The notes below the pieces were generated by a model. It saw only the letters and a program-made list of their open reading frames with translations. It was not told the DNA's origin and did not search any database. DNA of 56,351 bases, counting the filler, from Sphacelaria rigidula (lineage: Eukaryota), in assembly GCA_964200075.2 (NCBI GenBank). It is 6 parts of 6 records of this genome, joined end to end, with 100 filler letters (N's around TTAATTAATTAA, not from the genome) between each part and the next. Parts side by side here need not be neighbours in the genome. Positions count along the whole stretch, not along the records: positions 18,819 to 28,127 come from CAXNAA020008785.1; positions 28,228 to 37,535 come from CAXNAA020008786.1; 4 more parts are not named here. One strand, 5' to 3'. A program made the position numbers and the translations under genes. Below are positions 21,420 through 32,298 of this stretch, piece by piece (the stretch's first letter is position 1; each line of letters begins with the position of its first letter).

Positions 21420-23866
21420 GACGGGGGCGTTCTCATTCTTTGCTTGCCTTAGTCGTTCGATCACTGACCATGCATCTATTTCGAGACGGAGCACCGTTCT
21501 TACTCTTCGAGCGTTCCGGTGCTTATTACGTTTATTCCATACATAATACTCAAACATTATACAACCTTGATCCCCGTCCGTTTTTGCCGTCTGTGGCCAC
21601 CACTTATCTTCTAGTATAGCCATCGCTTTCTCCCTACTGTTTAGTGCATCCAAACGATTTTATGCCGTCTTCGTTCACGTCTCGCACTTCCCCCTTTAGC
21701 ACGTCCCGTTCCTCCTTGTATAGTTCACATTCTGCCGACAAATTGTCTCTGCTCTCTATTGCTTTGACACAGGGGCAATTCTGTGAATCTACTTTCTCCT
21801 TGAACGACAACTGATAGTTCCTTTTCTCCTTTCTGGCAGATCCAGGTCCCCCACCCGGAATCGCAGTTCCATATTTTTCGCAGCGTCCATCGGACCATGC
21901 AAAAATGCTTTCATCCCTATCCCCTCTCTCAACCCCCCGTATATCTCTAGGTGTTCTTCCTCGTCTACTTTGTGTCTCGGCGCTCCTTCTCTCCTCATTT
22001 CTATCATGTCTCTTACTTTTGTCTTGTACCCCGCGCCTTCATTGATGGAAAATATTCCGTCTTGGTTGCCTCTCATCTTTTTCCATGCTTTCTCGATCTC
22101 CCCATCCCACCTCATAGCATGTATTTTCGTACTTTTCTCCCATACAGCCTTATCAACAGTAGCTAGCGATCACTTTCTCTGCATGCTCTTTGAGCTAGCT
22201 GTATTGGCATCGCAATTTTCTCATGTCTCTGTTTGGTATCAGTGCGTATATCCCCAACTCTGCGTTCAAAACTGTGTACTCGTCGTGTTCGAGCATCCAA
22301 GTATTTTCTTAGCTGCTACCATCTGTACCATGTTCAACTTCTCCACCAACTTCACGTTTCCCTCCCATATTTCTCCTGCATATTCCAGCTTTGGTACGAT
22401 CACGTTCATCAGGATACATATCTTAATCCTTGTGTCTAGGTGCGCGTCTCTGAGGATCACGTCCACCCTGCCTATCTGTTTCTCGCCAAGAACAGTTTCT
22501 TGCGAACTCTACGCCAAGGTATGTGTACTAGTCTACGATCGGCAATTCCTCTCCTCCCCACTTCCATTTGAACTCTATCGGATTTTTCCCATCTCCTTTG
22601 TAGACAAGTACCGCGCTTTTGTTAACGTTCGCTGTCACTCTCCATTTCCTAGTGTGTTCTAGCGCCTTGTCTTCCAGTCTCTGTAATCATGGTGTTTCTG
22701 AAATACCCACAAAATCATCCGCGAACATCAATCCTGGGACGATATCTTTACCCCCTTTGACCCCTTGCTTTGCTGCTTCTATTACTATCATCAGATAATA
22801 ATGAAAACCTTGAATGAAGTCGGTGATGACGTACATCCTTGTGCAAAAAATTGAAAAATATCACAACATGCCGATATTTCCCCGTCTAGCATCATTAAAC
22901 GTTTGACACATTCTGTCATTCTTACAACCCCCCCCCTTTTTTCGCTGATCCCATCTTCCCACAACTTGTCTTACAACCCTTTTCTCCACACTGTGTCATC
23001 AGCCTTTTGCACGTCCAGAAAGAACCAGTACGTTGTCAGCCCGGCGTCTTTTCTACCCTGAATAATCTCCGCAACTACGGTTTGGTCTAAATCCTGCTTG
23101 ATCCTCGCTGGCTTTGTCTTCCTTTTCGAGTATCGTTACTACTCTATCGTCCAGGATCTTATATAATTTCCCCCCTGCCGTGCTCAGTAGCGCTATCCCT
23201 CGAAAACTCCCTGGGTCAGCCTTGCCTTCTTTCGAGAAGTTCAACGACTACTCCTTCTCTCCTCCTCTTAGGTGTGTACTCGTTGTCTCATATCCGGCTA
23301 TTCAGCTAACCATCATGGTAATCATTCCCTCTCCCCCGTAGCTCAGGACTTCATTCACTATCCCGTCTGCCCCTGCTGCCTTTCTGTTCTTGAGTATAGC
23401 TACGCACTCCTTTACTTCATCTCTGGTAAATTTTCTCGGCAATTTCTTTCGAGCCACTATCCTCCCGTTTTAACGTCTCTGCACTTGCCTTTGCCCACGC
23501 GTTGATTTCTTTTTCGAATTTTATGTCGAACTCCGTGGTTGTTTTTAGTGTTTCTAGTTTACGGTAGTACTCGACTAGCACTTGTCTTTTTCCCTTCGAA
23601 CTACTGACCATTTTACCGTTCGGTGCCCGGTGTGCAGCTATCCCCTAGTCCATATTTCCTGCCTGGTTTCTCGTTATCCCTTTCACCCCTACCTACATTT
23701 GTTTCATCCCGCCATCAAAATCTCCATCTGTAATTTTCATCACATCTTCTCATACTTCCTTTTTTTTCCTCCGTACCACCTTTATTCCTTTCTAGCTTTA
23801 GTACACTCCTCCCATCCTGCCGTAGTTTCATTCGATATCCATCTCGCGTGGGCCTCTCTCCTTACC
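21420..23866 (-). mobile_element. Decayed 5'-truncated LINE (RT ORF2 remnant)
   Basis: RT motifs FRGIALLS...QAGFRPNRSC (~23220-23070), GLMFADDFVGISETP (~22735-22690), IKICILMNVIVPKLEYAGEIWEG, and C-terminal MAILEDKWWPQTAK; many stops and frameshifts. Confidence 0.92.
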
Positions 23867-24241
23867 CTGAATTGCAACATACTCGTCGTTGCACCGCCAG
23901 ATCAAGTGACGCTTAAACTCACCTCGTCGCCTAGTCGCCTAGTCGAAAGGTCAATCTATGGCTGTAAACACCTAGGTCGATGGATCTTTGTGTGGTGTTT
24001 TGATTTTGCCAGGAGTACCATGATAGAGTCTATACCGGACTATATCTGTTTCATGTTCGCTCGGTTGGGTATCAGTATCCTGTAAGGTGTGGATGTCGTA
24101 ACTTGTTCGAAAGAGGTACGGTGCCGTGACAGGCAGCACTTGTCCGTAACGTATGAGGTACGTCTGGTGCTGACAAACGGTGACGTGATGCATGGTTACA
24201 TTGGTAAATTCCGTTCGTGTAAACAGGGCAATAAGCAGGAT
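23867..24241 (+). repeat. Duplicated intronic block, copy 1
   Basis: Colinear diverged match to 24852-25217 (ctcgtcgttgcacc, cacctaggtcgatg, ttcatgttcgctcggttgg, ggcagcact, gcaggat). Confidence 0.8.
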
Positions 24242-24287
24242 ACACGATGCTGCTGAGATTTACAGTGCACTGCGGAGTGGCGGCGTC

Positions 24288-24487
24288 GTAATGCGTGAGA
24301 GGACCGCATCAGAATTCACACACCCCGATAGTTAGGGTTGGAGGTAGGGCTAGGGTTAGTGTTGGGGTTAGTGTCAAGAGCGTGGTCCCTGCAGAGACTG
24401 GCCAAATTGGTTTCGAAAAACGTCGACCCTGAGGTGTTTCGAACTACGATGCGGTCCCTTGAGCACGCGGTCCTTTGACGCGTTACA
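24288..24487. mobile_element. ~200-bp MITE with internal TTAGGG-like repeats
   Basis: Ends gtaatgcgtgagaggaccgc / gcggtcctttgacgcgttaca; same family as 26910-27108 and 27728-27911. Confidence 0.8.
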
Positions 24488-24593
24488 ACGTGTCCCAAGT
24501 GTTCCGCGTGAAAAAAGCGGCGCAGGCAGCTGTGGTAACCCGTCCCTCACGCGCCTTTGACGACTCGACGCGTCCTTCTTACTCTCGCCGCAG

Positions 24594-24674
24594 GTGCTAT
24601 TTATGTGTTTGACGGCGACGTCATCGCTGACGGTAATACGACTTTCGTCAGCAACAGTGCGGAACAAGGGGGAG
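24594..24674 (+). CDS. Single 81-nt phase-1/phase-1 exon encoding one polymorphic-outer-membrane-protein (PMP)-like beta-helix repeat
   Basis: Polypyrimidine acceptor ccttcttactctcgccgcAG and donor GTgaga; encodes (G)AIYVFDGDVIADGNTTFVSNSAEQGG, with the GGAI and FxxN motifs. Confidence 0.75.
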
Positions 24675-24851
24675 GTGAGACACAAGCAGTCCAAGTCACA
24701 TCCGGTAGGAAGCGAAGTTGTGTTCGTTGCGGGCAAACCGACAGCGTTGCCAAACCACTATCGTGAATGTTGTTGACGGGAAGTCGTGAAATACGCGAGA
24801 AGATATGAAGAAACGTCCCATTCAAGCACCCGAACGGTACGACACCACGCG

Positions 24852-25277
24852 CTGAATGACAATGTGCTCGTCGTTGCACCACAAGATCTAGTCACGTTTA
24901 AACCCACCTCGCCCACTAGTTGAAAAATCAATCTACCGCTGTAAGCACCTAGGTCGATGCATGCTCGTGTGCTGTTTTGAATTTGACAGGAAGTGGGGTG
25001 GTTGTGTCGAGACCGGACCATATGCGGTTCATGTTCGCTCGGTTGGTATCACCATCCTCTAAGCTGTCGATATTACTACTCGTTTGGAACAAGTGCTGTG
25101 CCGTGTGAGGCAGCACTCGTCCGTAATATATTGGTAGGGTTGGTGCCGACAAAGTGTAACTTGATGAATGATTGCATTGGTGAATCTCATTCATGTAAAG
25201 AGGGTAATGAGCAGGATCCTGACGTGTTTCGAACTGTGGCGCGGCCCCCCGAGCACCCGGTCCTCTCACGCCGTACA
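24852..25277 (+). repeat. Duplicated intronic block, copy 2, ending in the right end of the same MITE family
   Basis: Matches 23867-24241, then continues directly into cctgacgtgtttcgaact...cggtcctctcacgccgtaca (compare 24428-24487). Confidence 0.75.
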
Positions 25278-25282
25278 CCCTG

Positions 25283-25490
25283 AAAGTATGCACAACTGTG
25301 CTATGGGTCATTGCGCAAGTTTGGATGAACGGATTTTCTTTTTCACCACCGTTTTACGGGAGTCCGACTGGATCGAAGTTTCCTCGAAAAAACTGGGACC
25401 CCCGAAAACGGTGAATGAAGTAGAAGAGGAAAAAGACCTCGACCTTCAAAAGCTGCGTAATGAACAACAGAACACTTACTCGTGCATGAT
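25283..25490 (+). repeat. Dispersed repeat (copy at ~43620-43810)
   Basis: Shared 'actgtgctatgggtc.ttgcgcaa.tttggatgaacg' and 'aaaacggtgaa...acctcgaccttc...tgcgtaatg'. Confidence 0.75.
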
Positions 25491-25889
25491 TGCACGTTCG
25501 AATTCCTGAAAGCGGCGTGAGGTTTTGCCGATGAGTGTTTTTTTGGGTGATAAGCATGAACCAGCTCGTACACTACCACTAACTGCCTACCGTACAAGTG
25601 GAGGCCGTACGTTTGCAAAAACCCGTGACGCTCTCAAATTCAAAAGATGTGGGCTCTCGGTGTGAATGAAACTACCGCAACATCGGTAGAACTAAAATCG
25701 GTCGTGGGTCACACGTCTCCATTATTCAGCGGTCATCGGGACTCGAAATCATCATCCAGCCGGCAATTTTGCTCCCCTATAGCCACAAGAAAAACTGACA
25801 CACCAAACTCCTCGGGTTTAGGCTGCTCGCTCCTTTTGTCCTGACAGCAGTATGGTGTGGCGCTACACCTAAAATTTGCCACCTACCAA

Positions 25890-26055
25890 ATGTATCGATC
25901 GATGGTTCTCCGAATCTATTAGTGACGGCTATGGGTATCGATAAACCGTATGCCAAATATATTGATGACAGCGATCGCTACTGATAGGTTGCGCACAAAA
26001 TCTGTCGATGGCGGCAATGAGTATCGATAGATGCATACCAGAATCTACCGTGGTG
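25890..26055 (+). repeat. Degenerate ~43-bp tandem subrepeat array
   Basis: Units such as aaatatattgatgacagcgatcgctactgataggttgcgcaca and aaatctgtcgatggcggcaatgagtatcgatagatgcatacca. Confidence 0.7.
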
Positions 26056-26192
26056 TACAGTACCTACCGGTCGATAATTTATGTCGTATGTTGCCACGCC
26101 TACATCGCAACATGCCATGTACAGAGCATATTGCACTTTATTGAAGTGCGGTAGAGAAGCCGCAGGATGATACTACCTGTGCAACACTGCAC

Positions 26193-26620
26193 GAAACAGC
26201 TGATGATCGAGTTTGGGGATGGAGCTTTTTGTTGAGGATGAGAACCCGGACGATTCAAAGCTGTGTAACCACCGCACATCTTCGAAAAATGGTTCTATCC
26301 CTTTACCTACTGGTAGCTACTGACAATGTTTATTTCGATAACCGAAATATTGGGGTCCTAGGTGAGAACCCAATTTCGGGGAATTTTACGGCGATCCAAT
26401 CGGGTCATAACCTCCCCATAAATGTTTTTTCATCTGGGACCCCAACACTTGGGTTCTCGGAATACAAAGTTGTATAACGTGTAGTACTTGTCAATAGCTA
26501 CCAATAGGTGAAGGAATGGAACCATATGTCAAAGATTTGGTGTGGATATGAAGATTGTAATCCTCCGGGTTCTCATCCTCAATGAAAACCCCATCCCTAA
26601 TTTCGAAGGTCGGCTGTTCT
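26193..26620. mobile_element. Foldback/MITE with long inverted arms (family of 7664-8095)
   Basis: Arms ttgaggatgagaacccgga...ttggggtccta and gggaccccaac...tccgggttctcatcctcaa. Confidence 0.8.
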
Positions 26621-26909
26621 TTGAAACGTTTGTATCGTATTAAAATCCACAAAATGTGTGAACAAAAGTTTGCGAGTGCTGTTGCTGGTGTGGTGTTGGT
26701 ACTTACGATTGTCCCTCTGATCGACATGAGCACTTGAAGAATTTTTGTGCGTTGATGGGGTGTGCTTATACCCGGAACCATAGTCCAATTAATAGGACGT
26801 TGCCGTGTGAGATGTATTGTCATAAATGTCGTAAGACCACTACAGTAAACAGTATATTTAACGAAACCTATTGTCGGCGTCGCACTGGTTGTCGAGAGAT
26901 GCCCCCCAT

Positions 26910-27108
26910 TGTAATGCGTGAGAGGACCGCGTGCTTGGAGGACCGCATCGGAATTTGAACACCCCTATGGTTAGGGTTAGGGTTAGGATTATGGTCAGGG
27001 GCGTGGTACCTCCAGGGACTGCCCCGATTAGTTTTGAAACACGTCAATCCTGAGGTGTTTTGAACTACGGCGCGGTCCTCTGACCACGCGGTTCTCTCAC
27101 GCATTACA
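26910..27108. mobile_element. ~200-bp MITE with internal (TTAGGG)n
   Basis: TIR tgtaatgcgtgagaggaccgcgtg / cacgcggttctctcacgcattaca; internal ggttagggttagggttagg. Confidence 0.88.
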
Positions 27109-27149
27109 CCCCTAACAATCGATTTTTGACAACAATGGCTATTTTGGCG

Positions 27150-27315
27150 GCAGAGATTATCGATAGATTACTCACCAAATATATTGATGACGGCAAAGGC
27201 TACCGATAGACGGCTCAGTGAATCTATAGCTGACGGCAATGACTTCCGATCAGTGACTAAGCAAATATATAGATTACGGCCGTGGCTATCAATAAATACA
27301 TCCCCGAATCTGTTG
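27150..27315 (+). repeat. Degenerate ~43-bp tandem subrepeat array
   Basis: Units aaatatattgatgacggcaaaggctaccgatagacggctcagt and gaatctatagctgacggcaatgacttccgatcagtgactaagc. Confidence 0.7.
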
Positions 27316-27727
27316 TGGTATATGATGTCTGGCCATTGATCTCAATCTATTACAATTGCCACAGACTATTAGTTGACTCTTCCAGCATCTATTTTCCCTT
27401 GCAACACATGTCAATAGATGCGTTTAATCATCTTTTGTGTTCGACAATGTATATCGATAAGTCTCCCCCCGCGTCTATTACTGGAGCAATTGTCTATTGT
27501 TGTTTTCATCGTCCAGAGTGTGAAATAATCGTTTAATATGCATCGTTGTGTATCATCGCGTACCATATGTACTACATATTGTACTATACGCCTCCCCCCT
27601 TTTGCCGTGCGGTATAAACAAGACATATGACGGGCAATCTGTTGACTGCAATTGTCATCATAATCTGGCACAATTGGTGTACGCTGTATGTATCGTGCAA
27701 AGGCTGATGGCGCATCTCGTCACCACC

Positions 27728-27911
27728 GTATTGCGTGAGAGGACTGCGTGCTTGAAGGACCGCATGGTAGTTCAAACCACCTCAGGATCAGTCCTTGTAG
27801 GGGCCGCGCCCCTGACCCTATCTCAAATACCAACCCTTACCCTGACCCTAAGCATAGGGGTGCTTAGACTCCGACGCGGTCCCCGAAGCACGCGGTCCCC
27901 TCACGCATTTT
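27728..27911. mobile_element. MITE of the TTAGGG-bearing family, inverted orientation
   Basis: gtattgcgtgagaggactgcgtg ... cacgcggtcccctcacgcatt, with CCCTAA-like internal units. Confidence 0.8.
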
Positions 27912-28127
27912 AACCGCACTCAAAGTGACAAGTCATGAAATCATATGATGTGTTCACTCGCCGCATGTCCCATATCGAAGAACTAGTGTACAAGCACAAC
28001 GAAAAGCGAAAAACTACCGTTCCGTTGATGAATGATCGTTAGACTTAATGTCTCGCACAAGGGGCCCTACAGACTGGAAAACGGTGTTCACCCCCCCAAT
28101 TTCCCGAAAACCTCATTCTGGGCGACC

Positions 28128-28227
28128 NNNNNNNNNNNNNNNNNNNNNNNNNNNNNNNNNNNNNNNNNNNNTTAATTAATTAANNNNNNNNNNNNNNNNN
28201 NNNNNNNNNNNNNNNNNNNNNNNNNNN
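28128..28227. other. Artificial contig linker
   Basis: 44N-TTAATTAATTAA-44N. Confidence 0.98.
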
Positions 28228-28557
28228 CGGCTAAACCACACTCCTTCCCCAGGCCAGCTTACTGTCGATGGAAGCGGCCATCGAAATTACTGGCAAAAGC
28301 TGAGAGCTGCTTCCACCTAGGGTCTTCACGTAGACATCCACGCGATTCCTACCGTGTTTCGACGCGGGGAGGGGTAGTCATTGAGACTCGAGATGTCACC
28401 TGGGAGGCACTGCCGCAGTATTTCCCGCCACCGCAACCTCTTCTGACGGAGGAAACGGCAACGGGAAGGGGGGATGAACACTGCGACGATAATCTGAAAT
28501 GTAGCCAGGTTGTTCCTTTCTGTTATCAGTTTGTCCTCAGCCCGGCTCAACGCCGAA

Positions 28558-28873
28558 AAGATAAGCATACGATACTCCACGGGGCTGTCTCCAGCCTCTT
28601 GCCCCTTCAAGACCCAGTGACCCTTGACCTGGACGTGGCCCCACTTCTTGACGCCCTTCAAGAAGTCCCAACAATATGCAAGCCCTGGGAGGTCCCCGTG
28701 AAGGGACTTCTCTGAGCAAAGAAGCCCCTTCACGGGGACCTCCCCAAACTCGCATATTGTTGGGACTTCTTGAAGGGCGTCAAGGAGTGGGGCCACGTCC
28801 AGGTCGAGCGTCACTGCGTCTTGAAGGGGCAAGAGACTCAAGACAGCCCCGTGGAGCATCGTATGGACATATT
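28558..28873. repeat. Head-to-head inverted duplication, ~150-bp arms, ~10-nt spacer
   Basis: Reverse complement of ~28558-28710 aligns to ~28720-28873; both strands read HGDLP.LAYCWDFLKGVK.WGHVQV..H.VLKGQE..DSPVE.RM. Confidence 0.9.
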
Positions 28874-31800
28874 CCCTCACTCCGAGGACAAAACGAACAC
28901 TTGCGGCTCGAATACAAGAAAGAGGACATGCCCAGGTGGCTGCAGGCGGCTCAGGAGGAGGTTGAGGGCGGAATCCCAGCGCAAACGGAACGCGGTTATT
29001 CGCGGCGCACTCGAGGAGTAGAAACTAAGAAAATACCCTGATGCTGCGGAGAGCAACGCGGATTTCTACCAGAGCGGCGTCGCGGGTCGTGATAGTCATT
29101 CCACGAAGGAGACAACGGACGTCGACGACGACAAAAATGTTGATGATGATCATAAGTCCGATCTCTCGAACCCGTGGCCACAGACGTGGGCTCGTCTTTC
29201 CAACACCGTTCCTGTTTTTTTTCTAAGACCTCAAGTCCTTCATCATTCGTTTGGAGGCTCCAGCCTCATGACAAGAACAAACGAAATCAACTAAATATTA
29301 CCAACTGAAAATAAGAAGAGAGACGCCAAGAAAAACATGAGTAGTAGTTCCCCGAGTAACGGGGTGAAAGAAAAAAAAACGCCTAAGATCTGCTAAGAAA
29401 AGAACACCGACAGTAAATTGAAAGACAAGAAAAGACAAGAAAAGACCAGATGATGAAGGGATTCGCAAGGCCACCGGGCGGGGGGCAACTTAAAAACAAC
29501 CCCAGGCACCCTCATAGACCACCACCACAGCTGTTCGGAAATACCGCACGTGTACCAGTGAGTGTACTACCCAATGGACTACTGGTTACTTTTTGGAGGT
29601 CCTCGGTAGGCACTGGGGGAGCTCTACTGGTAGCATAGCAAAAAGCAGTAGACCTACGCCCAAGTGGGCGTATATCTATGGTTGATAGTATGATTACTTG
29701 ATCTCAGACTTCAGAAAGTAATGAGAAACATCATGGTTTGGGGCAGGTGAGCAGTGGACCCAGCTCGTCCAGAACGTGTTTTTGTCGAAATCAAAGGATA
29801 TGACAAAGCACAATGGGTGCGCACTTGGCCAAAAAACGTCAACATCCCATGACGCAGTCATAACGGGATCGGGAAAATAGAAAATAACAAAAAGTGCGGG
29901 GTATAAGCAGCATTGCGGTCGCGGCTGCTCCACACTACACCAATCAATGCCGTAGCATCACCCGGCTGCAGACCGCAAGGATTGAAGAGGGCCGTCGCGA
30001 CGACGTGTGGAAACATCTGGGCGAGAGGAACCTTCTTGATTCATCCGGTGAGTGTCGAAATCGATGTTTCTGTGCGGCAGCTCCCATATTCAACACTGCA
30101 GCCCGAACCCGCACAGCCCCACCGCGAAGGCAGTGGTTCAGGGTACTGTAAGTTTGATGTTAGCTACGGCTGCGCCATGTCCTTTGGCATATGCTTGGCC
30201 GCCGTTGTGCAACTTTTGGGGTCAATCCATGGAAAGTCGAGAACGATGTGTATTCGTTGCCTCGACCTTGTCAGGATCTTGCACCGTCGTCCACGGCCCT
30301 GCCAAACGGTGAAACGCCTCGCTCTTGATTCCAATCGTGCAGACAACGTAGGAGCAAGATGTACAGTCAGGCGTGCCGTACGATATTACTGCTATGCCTT
30401 CGGGACTGGCCTGTGCGCAAGGGGACGACACAAATGTGTACGTTGCATGCCAATTGATCTCTGTTGTGGGCGTACAGCACCGTACTGAACTATACGATAC
30501 TGTCGAATCGTGTTCAATGGCGTTGTACTGTCGATAACGTCGCAGGAAGTAATCTGCGAGAAGAAACGCACTACAAGACCGTGTGTCCCTCTCTTCGCCG
30601 TGAGAACTCACCGTCGACCGCCACACCTCAAATATCGGATGGTTGACGCAGGAACCAGTGGCTGCAGCGCGATCTCAACACAGATCATCATAGGACCTTT
30701 TGATATTGGACACATCCCAGAACGGAACACCACACGCGTCGACTCCGTGCGTTTGAAGGTGAGATGATGAAAGTCGTACACAAGCACACCACGTGTGCAT
30801 CCCTTTTGAGTGCACAAAATCGTTTTGTTGGCACGATGCATTGGGCCCGTGAAACCCCAGGATACTTACTGTAATTCCCGTGCATTCCCTCCACCCAGCT
30901 GATATTGAGATGTGAATCGTTTTCGAAAATCAGCACTAATGTTCGATGTAGTTAGGTATGGTGGCAATACCTTATGCTGTATCCCCTTCACGTATCTTTT
31001 GAAGACTTCACCGAGGTATGGTGTACTTTGGGCCATGATTGACGTTTTGCATTCCCTTTTTTTTCCGTCGATAATCCGGTGAGGGTTAGGTCGGAAACAT
31101 GATATTTCGTAGGGAAAACACAATACAACGTTGACATTTCCAAAAAATGTGAATTGGGTCTTGAATTTTGCTACCCATGAGCTGTTTGATGAATCTCTGA
31201 TCACATTTTGATAAAAATATATAAATATATATATATATATATATAAATACCAGAGGAGTCAGGAAAATCCTCAATGAAAAAACGCTTCGCAACTAATGGC
31301 GGTTAGCGTACGATTCTCCGAGATTCCCACACGTGTTAACACCGTGCAGAGTATACCCCTAAAGGCTGGCGGCCATCGTGCCGACATACTGCGTACAAGA
31401 GTATGGCGTTTAGTCGCGGATACTTCTCGCCGGGATCTCCTTTCCCCTCAGGACACAAGGGATGAGAAAATATTCTTGCCGTACACCTTAGCCACTTTGT
31501 TATCTCAGACCTCGCTCCATGTTGGGGGTAGGTGCCAGTGTGCGACCGATTGATGATACTGGTGCGCGTGTCAGGTCGGAGGGTGGAGCTTGTGTACCTC
31601 CGTGCAGCGCTGTTCATCATCCCTACTCACGTAGTGGCCTGACGGTCCACTGCTGTTCCGCCATGTTCTCGGATATCAAATGATTGCGATATGACGTGTA
31701 ACCCTTCCATCAGCGATTGTCAGCCGCATAACTATTCCAAAATGAAACACGGCATTGCGACAAAAGAGGTTGAGGGTTGTACCTCCACCTCAGCAACTGT

Positions 31801-32298
31801 CGTCGCCACCGCCCGCCCGGGAAGCCTGCGACTAATCAAGCACCGTGCGCACGCTCCGCCTCATTGCCGTGCACATGCAATCCCCGGTCTCAGGTTGACA
31901 GCACCAGTGATGACTCACTATATGATGTGGGCTCCACCGCCCGCCAAACGTATGGCGTGGGAGAGGCGTAAGAGGGCAGACCCGCTCCGGCGAAGCACAT
32001 TTCATCACCCTGGGGCTCTGCGTCAGGTAATGTTTAGCAGTTATGGATGCTTCTTCTATAGACTCACTTTAACTTCCGTCCTATCATTTTTAAATGAGCG
32101 AGACATGAGGACACGCAGTAGACTGGTTACGCCATATCGTTAGGGTTTGGACCGGCAGTACGCGCTGCCTCCCCCTCACCTCCCCCCTCTCCCCCCCGTG
32201 GACCTTATGCCGCGTGCTCACCACTATCCCCGCGACCTTCTTCTCTGCCTGCTGCCTGCACGTTGCCGGCGCATCCCGCAGAATGGTCGGGTCATGTA

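Noticed and set aside
25890..27315. 43-bp periodic arrays as CRISPR-like repeat-spacer arrays
   Set aside because: Units are degenerate along their whole length, with no identical repeats or unique spacers, no cas genes, and a eukaryotic context.
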